From: Octopus sinensis
Taxonomy: Eukaryota
Assembly: GCF_006345805.1 (NCBI RefSeq)
Contig: NC_043017.1
Coordinates: 25,420,001-25,484,000 of the forward strand
Reading direction: 5' to 3'
Length of the DNA: 64,000 nucleotides
The notes below the pieces were generated by a model. It saw only the letters and a program-made list of their open reading frames with translations. It did not search any database and had not been told where the DNA came from. The position numbers and the translations under genes were made by a program. This document shows, piece by piece, positions 15,183 to 29,135 of the stretch; within the stretch, counting starts at the first letter, position 1, and each line of letters opens with the position of its first letter.

Positions 15183-15439
15183 AGAAACTGAAAGAAGCCC
15201 ATCATATGTGTATAAGGACTGCTGAAATCTACAAGTTGTTTTTCATTCTCTCTCTGTTTATTTCCTCTTATTCTTTCTGTTGAAGAGCATAGGCTTGAAA
15301 CAAAAAGGATTTTTCATTTTCCTGAGCATCAAACTAATACACTTGTTTGTTGTTCATACACCTATCTTTGTCTTTTGTTATTCTACAAAAATTTTCACAA
15401 TGAACAAAAAAATACACACACACACTTATCGCATTCGTA

Positions 15440-15915
15440 GCTGATGCTGGTGTCATGTAACTGGCCTCTGGAGGCAAAGTGGCTGAAATCCTTTCGAATA
15501 TAGGGCCTCACAGAGGCAATGACTGAAACCTTTGTGCCCACGGCATGTAAAAGCACTTTTTGAGTGTTGGACCTCACAGAGGCAGACTGGCCGAGCTCCT
15601 TTAGAGTGTTGGGCCTCAAGGAGGCAATGACTGAGACCTTTGGTATTATGTTGTACTTGAGAAGAAAACCCATCAAGCCAAGCAAAATCACAGTTGTGAC
15701 AGATACTGGTGCCATGCAAATGGCACCCTTGCCGGTGGCACATTAAAAGCACCTGTTACACTCTCAACGTGGTTGGTGTTAGGAAGGGCATCCAGCTGTG
15801 GAAACTATGCCAAATCCGACTGGAGTCTGGTGCAGCCTTCCAGCTTGCCAGCCCCAGTCAAACCATCCAGCCCATGCCAGCATGGAAAATGGATGTTAAA
15901 TGATCATGATGATGT
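15440..15915 (+). mobile_element. Family C repeat (internal tandem subrepeats; 3' tail GGAAGGGCATCCAGC...CCATGCCAGCATGG...(GAT)n)
   Basis: Matches copies at 19820, 25570, 39720, 50515 and 51860; the (GAT)n end is typical of RTE-mobilised elements. Confidence 0.8.
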
Positions 15916-16613
15916 ATATATATATGTGTGTGTGTGTGTTACTATCTTTGATATTGTGGGATAATTGTAGACAAATGCCACTGTCATACTGGTGGAGTCA
16001 TTTGTTTCCAATTTTCTGTGTAAGCCTGTTTAATTATAGAGAAATATTCCCTTACTTAGAAACATCTATCTACAGCCGAGTGAACTGGAACAATGTGAAA
16101 TGAAGTGATTTGCTCAAGAATGCAATGGACCACCTGGTCCAGGAATTGAAACCATAATTTTATGATCATGAGTCCGACACCCAAACTGCTAAACCACACA
16201 CCTCTGCAAACCAAGTGTAGCACAAAGTGTCATTTAGGCCTAAGTCTGTCTTGACTGCCATGACCATCCCCTCTTATTTGGGTCCAATCTAAAACCACAT
16301 GACCTGTGTTTTCTTTTAAGATGTTAGGCCCAAGCATGGCTGTGTGGTCGAGAAGCTTGTGGTCTTGGGGTTCAGTCCAACTGCATAGTACATTGGGCAA
16401 GTACCTTCTACAACAGCCCTGGGCCAACCAAAGCCTTGTGAGTGGATTTCATTGATGGAAGCTGAAAAGAGGCCATCATATACCATATATACTCATGGAT
16501 AGGTCACACCCTCAGTTTCGGGTTGTCAAAACAAGTATTTATGGTTGACTCACAAATAGGTCACATTACAATCTAGGGAGTTACAGGGCCCTTTTTAATG
16601 TAAATATAACAAA

Positions 16614-16888
16614 GGTGCAGGAATGGCTGTGTGGTAAGTAGCTTGCTTACCAACCACATGGTTCCAGGTTCAGTCCCACTGCGTGACACTTTGGGCAAGT
16701 GTCTTCTACTATAGCCTCGGGCCGAACAAAGCCTTGTGAGTGGATTTGGTAGACGGAAACTGAAAGAAGCCTGTCGTATATATGTATATGTTTGTGTGTC
16801 TGTTTGTCCCCCCCAACATCGCTTGACAACTGATGCTGGTGTGTTTACGTCCCCGTAACTTAGCAGTTCAGCAAAAGAGACTGATAGA

Positions 16889-16922
<34 letters not shown>

Positions 16923-17177
16923 ATGTGTGTATGTATGTATGTGTGTATGTATGTATGTGTGCATATATGTTTGTGTGTCTGTGTTTGTCGCTTGACAACC
17001 GATGGTGGTGTGTTTACGTCCTCATAACTTAGCGGTTCGGCAAAAGAGAATGATAGAATCAGTACTAGGCTTACAAAGAATAAGTCCTGGGATCGATTTG
17101 CTTGACTAAAAGGCGGTGCTCCAGCATGGCCACAGTCAAATGACTGAAACAAGTAAAAGAGATAAAAGAAAAGAGAA
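16614..17177 (+). mobile_element. SINE family A, full length with an internal ~100-bp duplication
   Basis: A-box TGGCTGTGTGG, B-box GGTTCAGTCCC, CORE-like TTGGGCAAGTGTCTTC, internal microsatellite and AAAAGAG tail; the segment at 16790-16888 is repeated after 16968. Confidence 0.93.
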
Positions 17178-17935
17178 TATCGAATATTCACCATTTTTTA
17201 TGGAAGTGACTACTGATATGTTGCCGTATACTTCAGATCCCTGTGATGTTGAGTGGATAGATCACACCCCTGATTTTTATGAAGATTTTTGTTAAAAAAA
17301 TGTGACCTACCCACGAGTACTTACTGTATGTCCATGCATTTGTGTGTGTATGTATGTCATCATACAAGCGATGTTATTCATTTCCAGTCTTCTGACCAAG
17401 AGGAAATGTTATCTTGCTTGTTAAACAGTTAAGGGTCAGTGATAGAAAGAGCATCCTATCACAGAAAAACCTATCTCAATGGATTCTATCTGGCCCCTGT
17501 AGACACAAAAACGTGAATATTAAAATGGTGATGACGACAGACATAGGGTGTGATTTAAGAGAGATTTTGTTGCCATTTCTAACAGATCAAGGAAACATCA
17601 TAGAAAAAGTTCCATCACTGGTGTGTGGAAATTGATTTGTAACATAAGAATTTTTAATCTCTAAAAATTTTGTTTAACGTGTATAGTAATTTATTGCTTG
17701 GAAATTTTTAATTCATTTCCCCTTTTTTTTTTCCTTTTTCTCCCATCAAAATAGCATCCTGTACTTTTCTTTTTTTTTTTTACTTTTTTCTCATCTTACG
17801 TTGTACAATGTTAAAATATCTAAAATTTTCCTAAAATTCATTAAAGACCGCCCCCCCCAAAAAAAAACAAAATCAAAAACAATCGTAAAAATAGCAAATG
17901 TAGAACAGAACAAGAAAACACCTTTCCAATATAGC

Positions 17936-17971
<36 letters not shown>

Positions 17972-18390
17972 TTTCCAATATGTTCTTGTGTAAAACATGA
18001 CATACACTCAAACGGTAATTTTGTTCTTCGTGTAAGTACCATTAAGTACTGAAGGAAATTCTCAGATTATCATTATATTTTCATCATAGATTTATTACTA
18101 TTATTATTATTATCATTATTGTTATTATTATTATTATTCTTTTCTTGAAATTTTTTTTTTTTGTGATTTTCTTCTTTCCGCTTGAAAACATATACTTATC
18201 ATGTACTTTCTTGTAGCTTTCACTTTTTGAAATTAATGTTTGTCTTGACAAAATATTTTTGAGATTCATATGTTTTGCATAAGAGATTTATTATATATAT
18301 ATGAAAAAAAGGGTGTACAATATAATGAGATGATATGTTAAGAGTAAAAGAAAGTATATATATTATTGTTTTATGGATATAATGTAAAGA

Positions 18391-18436
<46 letters not shown>

Positions 18437-18757
18437 GGCTGATTTTTAATGGATTCTTAGGAATGTAATATTTGCGTGTGTATTTGTGATATTCTGGGGC
18501 CGAGGTGGATATATCGTTTGTCGTAGACCCGTTCAGAAGGGGCCTGCATTTTGTGATACAGGAAACTAGGCAGAAACAAGGAAAATGCCACTTATATTTG
18601 AACACTATACAAATATTCTTTAAAAAAAAAACTTTTCTTTTAATTTTTCTAAATTTAATTATTTAATTGTTACAGTTGAAAAGGTCTCAAATGACTGAAA
18701 CCAGTACTGAAATGTTCTTTATAAAATTAGTTTAGCATTTTCTATCTTGACTTGCTT

Positions 18758-18795
<38 letters not shown>

Positions 18796-19041
18796 AACCT
18801 TTACATAAATAAATAACGTGAAATACACGAAGGGACGAACAAAAAAACAAACGGGTCATTCAAAGCCTTCATTCTTCAGTCAGAAACTGATCCTTCATCA
18901 CAGATTTCGGCTGTTTAATTCTGAGATCCGCTCTGAATCAGCCAGCCACAGAAGGAAAGAATGAAACGCAACAGAGACGAACATGAAACGAAAAATCTTT
19001 TTTGGGGACAGTAATGGTTAAAAACATGGATGACACAGGCG

Positions 19042-19101
<60 letters not shown>

Positions 19102-19371
19102 AAAAAGTTATTCATCTTCAACCCAAGTGGGTATATGATGTTGACAAGCCACAAAAGTGGCAAACCATTGCTGTCCATTGCTCCCAAATAGGATTATGGG
19201 TGAGTTATCTAACCTGTCCATGACCCTAAGGTCCTTTAACTCTGTCATCATGAGAGTTATATACTCTGCTACACCATTGCAGTCATCAGAAAATACACAA
19301 TGCAGATACATTACTACATGTATTTAACAATATTTATTATACTAGAGGTGCTTTTACTTCATATGTCAAGA

Positions 19372-19537
19372 GGCACAGGAGTGGCTGTGTGGTAAGTAGC
19401 TTGCTTGCCAACCACATGGTTCCGGGTTCAGTCCCACTGCGTGTCACTTTGGGACAGTGTTTTCTACTATAGCCTCGGCCCGACCAAAGCCTTGTGAGTG
19501 GATTTGGTAGACGGAAACTAAAAGAAGCCCGTTCGTA

Positions 19538-19584
<47 letters not shown>

Positions 19585-19797
19585 GTGTTTGTGCGTCTGT
19601 GTTTGTCCCCCCAACATTGCTTGACAACCGATACTGGTGTGTTTACGTCCCTGTAACATAGCGGTTCGGCAAAAGAGACTGATAAAATAAGTACTAGGCT
19701 TACAAAAAATAATTCCTGGGATCCATTTGCTTGACTAAAGGCGGTGCTCCAGCATGGCCGCAGTCAAATGACTGAAACAAATAAAAGAGTGAAAGAG
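19372..19797 (+). mobile_element. SINE family A, full length
   Basis: Near-identical to the copies at 25083, 48364 and 62263. Confidence 0.95.
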
Positions 19798-19819
19798 TAT
19801 ATACATATGTATTTTTATT

Positions 19820-20270
19820 ATATACTGTACTTGAGAAGACCCTTCAAGCCAAATGAAATCATCGTTGTGTCTGATGCTAGTATCATATAACTGGCACCCA
19901 TGCCAGTGGCATGTAAGAAACACCTTTTTGAGCATTGGGCCTCATGGAGGCAAGGTGGCCAATGCCAGTGGCATGTGAAAAGCACCTTAAGAGTTTTGGG
20001 CCTCACGGAGGCAATGGCAAACAACCGAGACCTTTGGCATTATGCTGTGCTTGAGAAGAAGGTCCATCAAGCCAAGTAAAACTGTGCCATGCAAATGGCA
20101 CTTGTGCCAGTGGCATGTAAAAGCACCAATTACTCTCTCTGAGAGGTTGGCATTAAGAAGGGCATCCAGCTGTAGAAACTATGTGGTGCAGTCTTCCAGA
20201 TGACCAGCCTTGTACAGGCTGTCCAACCCATGCCAGCATGGACAATGGACGTTAAATGATGATGATGATA
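19820..20270 (+). mobile_element. Family C repeat
   Basis: Same subrepeats and (GAT)n tail as 15440-15915. Confidence 0.75.
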
Positions 20271-20436
20271 ATATTTAGTAGAAATAACAGAGTGACTCAA
20301 GGTACGAAAGTTTAGTGCATTGGCACTTATCAAACTCGTCACAGGTCGAAGGCCTTTCACCTGTAATTAGTTTGATAGGTGCCAATACACAAGACTCTCG
20401 GATCTTGAATCACTCTGTTGCTTCTGCTAAATATTA
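20269..20436. mobile_element. Palindromic fold-back element (MITE-like), ~170 bp
   Basis: Left TAATATTTAGTAGAAATAACAGAGTGACTCAAG...TTGGCACTTATCAAACT pairs with right AGTTTGATAGGTGCCAA...CTTGAATCACTCTGTTGCTTCTGCTAAATATTA; centre AAGGCCTT. Confidence 0.8.
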
Positions 20437-21656
20437 ATAAAAACATACATATACTCATTTTTTGAGTTCTGTTTTTCCTGTTTGTAACAACAAACCTATA
20501 TATATATATTTAAAATTGAATAAGGGTAGAAATTGATATTAATCAATTAAAACCAGTGGCTTAGCATATTAAAGAAATCCGAAGATTAAAATACTTTTAC
20601 ATGCTTAAGACCACATTCTTGCAAAATAGCGATTTTGACATCTATATCTAGCATATTGATCATCCACTTTTAGTGGTCAGTCCTTTGAATTTTGTATATG
20701 TGTGTGTGTGTGTGTGCGTGATAAGAAGTTTGCTTCCTATCCTCATGGACCTGGGTTCAGTCCCACTGCATGGTACCTTGCGCGATTGTTTTCTACAGTG
20801 GTCCTGGGCTGACCAAAGGTCTTGTGAGCAGATTTGACATGATGAGAAGGTTGTTTTGGTGAAGAAGGAACCGCAGAATCCCTCACATTTCAGAAGAGAG
20901 AGAGTAGGGGCGACAGGTTTTGAACTGGAAATTGGTGATGAGATAAGAAAACCAGAATGTAGGGGTTGAAAAAAAAGAATTAAATAGAAAAAACTACAAA
21001 AACACTCACCTGAAAAGCTGCGAAAAAATTATTTGAAAATTTGCGAGAAAATAGAAATTAAGTTTGTCAAGAAATACGTGAGCACTTCCTCCCAGAGAGC
21101 GAAGAGAAGAATTATCTTGCACCTCTTAATATGAATTATGTTTTCTGTTCTTCCGAGTTAGCTTCCAGTGACATTATTTCATTACATCATTGACACTTGA
21201 GGTGCTGATACGTGATCTTAAGGTTTGATATTCACTACGTTTGTCTGTGAGTATCGATGTATAGAAAGAGATCTTTCAGTTTTCGGCATCAGCATCTAGG
21301 CTGTAAACAATCTTCCTTTCCAATCAAAGACTTGAGATAATCTATGAATGTTTAAGTTGACACACTCTGCGAGTTGGAATTTTATCAAAAATTTTTCCTC
21401 TCTCGGAATTAGTTACAAAGTTGTTAGATTTCCAAGATAAGAAGTTAACAGCCATCAGGAATAGCATTTTGTTTTTTTTAATGTTTTTAATTTTTTTTTT
21501 GTTACTCTCTCTGCTGCTCTGACCTGACATTTCGGTTAGTATGTGAATGTGTGGGAGTGTGTGTAAGTGTAAATGTCTGTGTGTGAGTGGATTTCTTTAT
21601 AGATGTATGTGTCACAGTTACACTCTTATCACATGTATGTGTTTGTGTATCTATCC

Positions 21657-21722
<66 letters not shown>

Positions 21723-21981
21723 ATATATGCACACACAGACGTGTGTGTGTGGATATGTATATATATATATATATGCACATAAACACGTGGGTGGGTGTTA
21801 TATACACACATATACACACCTATACATACAAAAGTTTAAACATATATACATAAACGTGTGCATATGTATATATATATAAATGTGTGTATATAGTTCATGT
21901 CATATATTCATATGTATATAAACCTGCATAGAAATGTATACAAGCATATATATATATATATATATATATAGCTAGTGTATA

Positions 21982-22012
<31 letters not shown>

Positions 22013-22582
22013 ATAACAAGTGTATATAAACATTTGTATATATATATATTTGTACATATAAATGTTTATAAGTGTATACTATATTTTACATATATATATA
22101 TTATATATATATATATATATATATCACACACACAGACACACACATATATGTATACATACAATATATATAAAACCTGTCTGTGTGTATGTAACATCTATTT
22201 TTAATAGACAAATTTAAATTTTCTTTCATCTGATTTTCTTCCCCAGTAATAGAGCAAAAATAAGAAATGATTTTTCAGAGATTTATAAATATTCATTTTA
22301 CACTTTAACTTTATATTTATTTATATACATCTATTCAACACTAAGATTTTCTCTTTCAGATTATATACACATATATACATACATATAATATATTATATTA
22401 TATTATATTATGTTATGTTATTTTCTACCTCTTGCTTGCATTTTATTTCCTTTCTCAAGAGTCGTAATACAATTAATTCAAATTAAATCTTTTTTTTTTA
22501 AAAATATTTTATTTTTTTTGTTCAGTTGTTGTAAAATTAGCTTTGCTCATGTGACATTTTACCAATGCTTTAAGTTTTTTTC

Positions 22583-22649
<67 letters not shown>

Positions 22650-22697
22650 ATATATATATATATTATATATATATGTATTATATATATGTATATATAC

Positions 22698-22743
<46 letters not shown>

Positions 22744-22786
22744 GTATATATATATACATATGTATATATATATATATATACATATG

Positions 22787-22822
<36 letters not shown>

Positions 22823-22897
22823 GCTAGTGTATATAAACATATATATATATATAGCTAGTGTATATAAACATTTGTATATATATATATATATATACAC

Positions 22898-22950
<53 letters not shown>

Positions 22951-22963
22951 TATATATATATAT

Positions 22964-23015
<52 letters not shown>

Positions 23016-23664
23016 CATGTGTATATATTTTGAATTTCTTCATTTCTATATTATTTTTCACTTTCTTTGGTGTATAAATTTTATCTTTGGAAAATCTTCT
23101 CGAATGAATTTTTCTGTTTCGTTTTACAAAGAGAAACTAATATGATTTTTTTTTTCTTCTCCCTTCTCTCTCTCTCTATCTCTTCCCCCCCCCCGCCTCC
23201 ATCACGTTTGTTTCTACTTTCACTTTCGTTTTCGGGTGGTTGGATGGGCAGGTGGATGGGGTTTTGGTGTGTGTGTGTGTGTGTGTTGGAGTGGTGGTGG
23301 TGTGGGTAATGTTTTAGCGAGAGAGACATATAATTGTTAACTTCTAATATTGCTGATATATCTAATATATATGTGTATATATGATTATTTCATATGTATT
23401 TATATGTGTGTGTAAATGTTTGTGTATAACTATATATGTGTGTGTGTGTATGTATATAACTTTGTCTGTGTCTATGTGTATATATATATGCGTGTGTGTA
23501 TATATATGCATGTATGTGTATGCATATGTATATGTAATTCCCTTGCATAACCTTGCTGGCAAAGAGCATTTAACTAGAAATATATTTATATTAAGTTACA
23601 AGTATCTCCTATCAACCAAAACCTGGGAACGATAGAGCGGTGGATGTGCAGGTGAAGTAGTCAG

Positions 23665-24110
23665 ACAGAGGGAGAGAGAGAGAGAGAGAGAGAGAGGAGG
23701 AAGAGGAGAACACAATGATTCTCTCTCTCTCCCTTTCTTTCTCTTTCTCTCTCTCCCTTTCTTTTTCTCTCTTCCTTTCTTTTTCTCTTCCTTTCTTTTT
23801 CTCTTCCTTTCTTTTTCTCTCTCTCCCTTTCTTTTTCTCTCTCCCTTTCTCTCTCTCCCTTTCTTTTTCCCTCTCACTCTTTCTTTTTCTCTCTCACCCT
23901 TTCTTTCTCTATCTCTCACCCTTTCTTTCTCTCTTTCTTTCCCCCTTTCTCTCTCTCTCTCCCTCTTTTCTTTCTCTCCTCCTTTCTCTCCTTCTCCCCT
24001 CTCCCTTTTTCTCTTTCTCTCCCTCTTTCCCCATTCCCTCCCCCTCTTCCCTCTATCTCTCCTCCTCTCTCCCCTCTCTCTTCCCTTCCTCTTTCTCTTC
24101 CCACCCCCCC
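23665..24110. repeat. (GA)n tract followed by a ~390-nt polypyrimidine tract
   Basis: Directly visible low complexity; explains the R/E/K/G and L/S/F ORFs here. Confidence 0.95.
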
Positions 24111-24345
24111 ATTTTATTTTATTATCTTCATCTGGTTTAGATGGTTTTACATTACATTGACTCTCCACAGCGACTGAATCTAGCGATATTAGGAACAAGT
24201 TAATAGGATATGCTCAGTTTTAGGATTTGTACTCCTCCATGTGTAATATCCGCTCTCCATGTGACTACAGTGTGTTAGAATTTGTGTTTGATACACATAG
24301 GTAAATACATGTATGTAGACATCTGTATACATGTATGTACATATA

Positions 24346-24388
<43 letters not shown>

Positions 24389-24421
24389 GTATATGTATTC
24401 TTACAGATCATGCATATATGC

Positions 24422-24456
<35 letters not shown>

Positions 24457-24652
24457 GTATGTATATATGTGCAAACACTTGTATATTATCCCATCCATCC
24501 ATCTAGATAGATAAATAGATACATACACATACATAAATGTGTAGGAGGTGTGTGTGTGTATATGTATGTATATATATGTTAACATATACTCACTCATATA
24601 AATGTATATAAGTGTATTTTTCTCACACACTCCCCTCTCTCTATGTGTGCGC

Positions 24653-24699
<47 letters not shown>

Positions 24700-25082
24700 G
24701 TATATATATATATATATATATGTATATGTATATATATCTTGCAAGGAACAAAATGCAAAAAGGAGAAACAAGAAAACTAGACAGGCTCATGGTCAATAAC
24801 AGGAGTTTGACACTGAGGGAAATTGCAGGAATTAATTGCTACAAAGTTTGGGGCATTGTCCTTGTTTTTTGATAAGCAATAAAGGAGAGGAAGGAGAAGA
24901 GGAAACTAGAAAAATAGAATAAAATGAGACAAGTGGATTAAAATTACAATGCCAGCAAAAGTAGAGACATGGAGATGGTCTGCTTACACCTGCTCATTGA
25001 TTATTTTGAAGTTAGCTGCAGGTGTAGAGGAGGTGTTTTAAGACAGGAGACAGGTGTATGTTGCATATGTGTTGGAGTGTGA

Positions 25083-25496
25083 GCAGGAGTGGCTGTGTGG
25101 TAAGTAGCTTGCTAACCAACCACATGGTTCCGGGTTCAGTCCCACTGAGTGGCATCTTGGGCAAGTGTCTTCTGCTATAGCCCCGGGCCGACCAATGCCT
25201 TGTGAGTGGATTTGGTAGACAGAAACTGAAAGAAGCCTGTCGTATATATGTATATGTATATATATATATATAAGAGTGTGTGTGTGTCTGTGTTTGTCCC
25301 CCTAGCATTGCTTGACAACCGATGCTGGTGTGTTTACGTCCCCGTCACTTAGCGGTTCGGCAAAAGAGACCGATAGAATAAGTACTAGGCTTACAAAGAA
25401 TAAGTCCCGGGGTCGATTTGCTTGACTAAAGGCGGTGCTCCAGCATGGCTGCAGTCAAAATGACTGAAACAAGTAAAAGAGAGAAAGAGAAAGAGT
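25083..25496 (+). mobile_element. SINE family A, full length
   Basis: A/B boxes, CORE-like block, internal microsatellite and AAAGAG tail. Confidence 0.95.
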
Positions 25497-25569
25497 TATG
25501 TATGATTTCACTCTGTTTTGGGCTTCTCATGGCAGATGTCTGGTAGCGACATAACAACTGGATCTCACT

Positions 25570-25900
25570 GCCATCATCATCATCGTCGTCGTCGTCATCA
25601 TTTGTCTGCTTTCCATGCTGGCATGGGTTGGATGGTTTGGCTGAAAACTGGTAAGCTGGAGAGCTGCACCAGGTTCCAGTCTGATTTGGTGTTATTTCTG
25701 CAACTGGATGCCCTTCCTAATGCCAACCAATCCAAGATTGGAATGGGTGCTTTTTCTTTATGTACCACTGGCACGGGTGCCAGTTGCATGACATGGCTTG
25801 ATGAATCTTCTCAAGCGTGGCATATTGCGAAAGGTCTTGGTCACTTACCATTGCTTCTGTGATGTCCCATGTCCGAAGGCTTCTTTTTGCATGCCACTGG
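25570..25900 (-). mobile_element. Family C repeat
   Basis: (CAT)n followed by TTCCATGCTGGCATGGGTTGGA...CTGGATGCCCTTCCTAATGCCAACCA. Confidence 0.8.
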
Positions 25901-26284
25901 TCATTTTGAAGCTGACATCTGATCTATTTGTAAGCTTGCATGGTTGACCTTGATTTCACACCCATTGCTGTCCAAACTAGGGGGTTTTTTTCTAACTAGG
26001 GGAGGAGAAGTTAATATGAGAAGGGGCTTGAACATTAACACCAACATAACACACAGTGTTGTGGGGTTGGGCAAGAAACTAAGGACCAGCAGTCAGAGGA
26101 AGACAACTCCAACACAAGGTGATACCTTCACAAGACAAGGTGCAAGAACAGCTAGAAATAGCAGTCCACAAACATCTATAAATAGAAAGCTAAGAGAAAA
26201 TGGTAGACCGGATATAAATGAGGGCAGCTGAGATATACAGTAAGAGCTATAACACAAGAAATAATTGGAACAAGAAACTAAGTC

Positions 26285-26845
26285 TCTGTAACTGTGCCAG
26301 GAATACAGTATGTCCCTTAAACTCTAGATGTTTGCTGAAGAATCTAGTGCAGTGGTTTTCAACCAGGGTTCCGCGGAACCTTAGGGTTCCGCCAGTACAG
26401 TCCAGAGGTTCCGCAAGAAGTTACAAAACTGCTAAAATCGGCAGTAATTTTTAATTCTCCTGTGCAGATATGTGTGCATAAGACTATTAAATTATTGCAC
26501 AGGGGTTCCTCGAGCCAGTGGAATGTTTCCTTGGGGTTCCGCTCCAGCAAAAAGTTTGAAAAGCACTGATCTAGTGTATAGATGCAAAATAACCTTTATA
26601 AAGGGGCCAGCTCCATAGATTTCAAAATGAGACTGGCTAATCACTTAAAATCATTTAAGGGGTAGAATAAGATGAACAGCTCGTGCCTAAGCAAATTAAT
26701 CTGGTCTGTTAAAGATAGGAACCATAGCTATATCATGGAGTGGGAAATAATGATTACAGCTAAACCATATCATGCAGGAGGAAGCAGATGTGAGTTATGT
26801 ATAGAAGAAACCTACCAAAATCTCATTAAGGCACAAATTACTTAA
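26285..26845 (+). pseudogene. Decayed Penelope-like retroelement, GIY-YIG endonuclease region
   Basis: With the MITE removed: CNCARNTVCPLNSRCLLKNLVYRCKI, then a frameshift, then YKGASSIDFKMRLANHLKSFKG*NKMNSSCLSKLIWSVKDRNHSYIMEWEIMITAKPYHAGGSRCELCIEE. This fits the CNC..CPL...CL...VY / FK.R..H..SF / LS..IW..K / W.I / C.LC..E pattern of PLE endonucleases. Confidence 0.88.
26350..26568. mobile_element. hAT (Charlie-like) MITE, 219 bp
   Basis: TIRs CAGTGGTTTTCAA / TTGAAAAGCACTG and a perfect 8-bp TSD ATCTAGTG (26342-26349, 26569-26576). Confidence 0.95.
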
Positions 26846-27482
26846 TTGCAAGCTCACACTAATATATATGTGTGTGTGTGTGTATGTGTGTGTTTATAGC
26901 AGGATACAGTGTGTGTTCTTGACTATGGATGTATGTGTTTAGATAGGCCCCCCACACACATGCACGTGCACACACACATACACACATGAATGTCTACGTA
27001 TACAGGCTGTTATGTGTGTGTAAAAGCAGTTGCCTATAAATAAATTTTAAGCCCAATTTTTAAAATCAGTTTTATTTGTTGTATGATATTTATCTAGCAG
27101 TTTAGTGTGTGTGTGTGTGTGTATATATGTATGTGTATACGTATGTGTGTATGTGTCTATGTGTGTGTATGTATGTGTACCCATATGTATATATCTATAT
27201 CTGTATGTGTATATTTTAATGTGCATTTGTATATGTATGCTTTTATGTATGCCAGTATATGTTTATAAACACACATGCATGTGCGTGTGGGTGTATGTAT
27301 ATGTATATGCATATATATATATATATGTGTGTGTATGTATGTGTATATATATTATGTAATAATATATATATGTATATATGTATATATATATATGTATATA
27401 TGTATATATATATGTATATATGTATATATATATATACATATATATATATATACATACATATATATTCATATATATATATATA

Positions 27483-27532
<50 letters not shown>

Positions 27533-28212
27533 TATATATATGTATATATGTATATATATATGTATATATATATATATATATACATGTGCATAGTACATGC
27601 CATATGTAAGTATGTTTTATTCTGAATGGCAAAGTTTGTACAAAACTTTAATAAATGAAATCTACATGGAAGATTTCGACTGCAGCATCCAGGAAGCTTT
27701 TCAAATTACTTCAAACATCAATTGTTATTAATGTAGTCGGGCAATTAAATGTTGAACCATGTTGAACGCATTTATTAATAAAATAATAAATTTACCAACA
27801 CATGCTGGTCCTGGAATGGTGACGACGTACATAATAACGCGATTGTAAACTATATTAGAAATATCAAAGGAAATTAGACAAAAGAAGCCATCAAAGCACA
27901 TTGAAGGTTAATCACAGTTTTGAAATTATCAATTAATAACAAGAGATTATTAATTACAACTTAAAAAGAAATAAAACTTAAAAATCAATTTGATAGCCAT
28001 TAATGTCAGAATCTTTTCTCCACACCGGTGCCAAGAAAGGTCCTCCCATTTCTGCTGTGTCAGATTTTACATCTGCATTTCTGGTGCTTCCTGCCGTTAT
28101 TTCCTCTGTTTCATCTTTCCGTTCTTACCAATGCTGGTTATCTAGCCACGAAGATGCTCTTCTTTAGTCTTGTGTCCATGCTGTTTGATATTCCTATCTT
28201 CAGGAAATCTTT

Positions 28213-28405
28213 CATCATCATCATCATCATCATCATATAACCACTGTCCATGCTGGTATGGGTTGGACAGTTTGACTGGAACTGGTAAGCTGGGGAGCTG
28301 CACCAGACTCCAGTCTGATTCGGGAATGGTTTCTACGGCTGGATGCCCTTCCTGACACCAACCACTTAACAGAGTGTGCTGGGTGCTTTTACGTGACACT
28401 GCACG
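28213..28405 (-). mobile_element. Family C tail
   Basis: (CAT)n...GTCCATGCTGGTATGGGTTGGAC...GGATGCCCTTCCT. Confidence 0.8.
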
Positions 28406-28659
28406 TAAGTTATGGCGACAAAAACAAACCAACACTGGTTATCAAGTAAAAGTGGTGAAGGACAGAAGGACAGACCCCCCCATACACATACTTCAGTCTA
28501 CCATATTAGTTGCACATAAATTGTCTACCAAATTCACTCACAAGGAAATAGTTGGCCCAGGGCTATAGCAGAGAACACTTGCCCAAACTGCCATTCAGTA
28601 AAACAGCTCAAAACCACGATTGCAAAACAAGCTTTTAACCACACAGCCATGCCAACATC

Positions 28660-29135
28660 TACATCATCATCATCATCATTATATAATGCCCGTCTTCCAT
28701 GGGTTGGATGGTTTGACAGAAACAAGGCAAGCCAGAGAACTGCTCTATTGTCTGCTTTGGCATAGTTTATTATGACTGGATGCCCTTCCTAATGCCAACC
28801 ACTTCAGGGAGTGTGCTGGGTGCTTTTTATGTGCCACTGTAAAGGTGCCTTTACATGGTATCACGCAGGCACTTTTATGTGACACCATCAATGAGTGCTT
28901 CCAGCCACCAGAAGGATTGGTCTTGGCACCTCTGCTGCAGGGTACAGGTCTTCTTGAGTATGGCCAGGTGTCGGGTATCCCAGTCCTTTGTCATCTCACC
29001 TGAAAAGTTTCGCTTCCTGAAGTTGCCCTTTAGTACTTCATCCCACGTTTTCCTGGGTCTCCCACTCCCACGTGTTCCACCCACTTTGAGAGATCAGCAC
29101 TTCTTGATAGAGCCGTCGGCATCCATCGACATCAT
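28660..29135 (-). mobile_element. RTE-clade LINE 3' end: ORF C-terminus (28935-29135) plus a family C-like 3' UTR ending in (GAT)n
   Basis: The minus strand reads MMSMDADGSIKKC*SLKVGGTRGSGRPRKTWDEVLKGNFRKRNFSGEMTKDWDTRHLAI, matching the RTE C-terminal G.R..GRP.KTW...DR..W motif; one in-frame stop. Confidence 0.85.

Noticed and set aside
17200-17295. Short ORF MEVTTDMLPYTSDPCDVEWIDHTPDFYEDFC sharing MLPYT with the 57488 exon
   Set aside because: The match is only 5 residues with no wider nucleotide similarity, so chance is likely
23596-24198. 200-aa Arg/Glu/Lys-rich ORF
   Set aside because: Translation of the polypurine/polypyrimidine tract
24141-24300. Exon ending TAG|GTAAAT after the long pyrimidine tract
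   Set aside because: All three frames from the better acceptors contain stops; at most a UTR exon, and unsupported without RNA data
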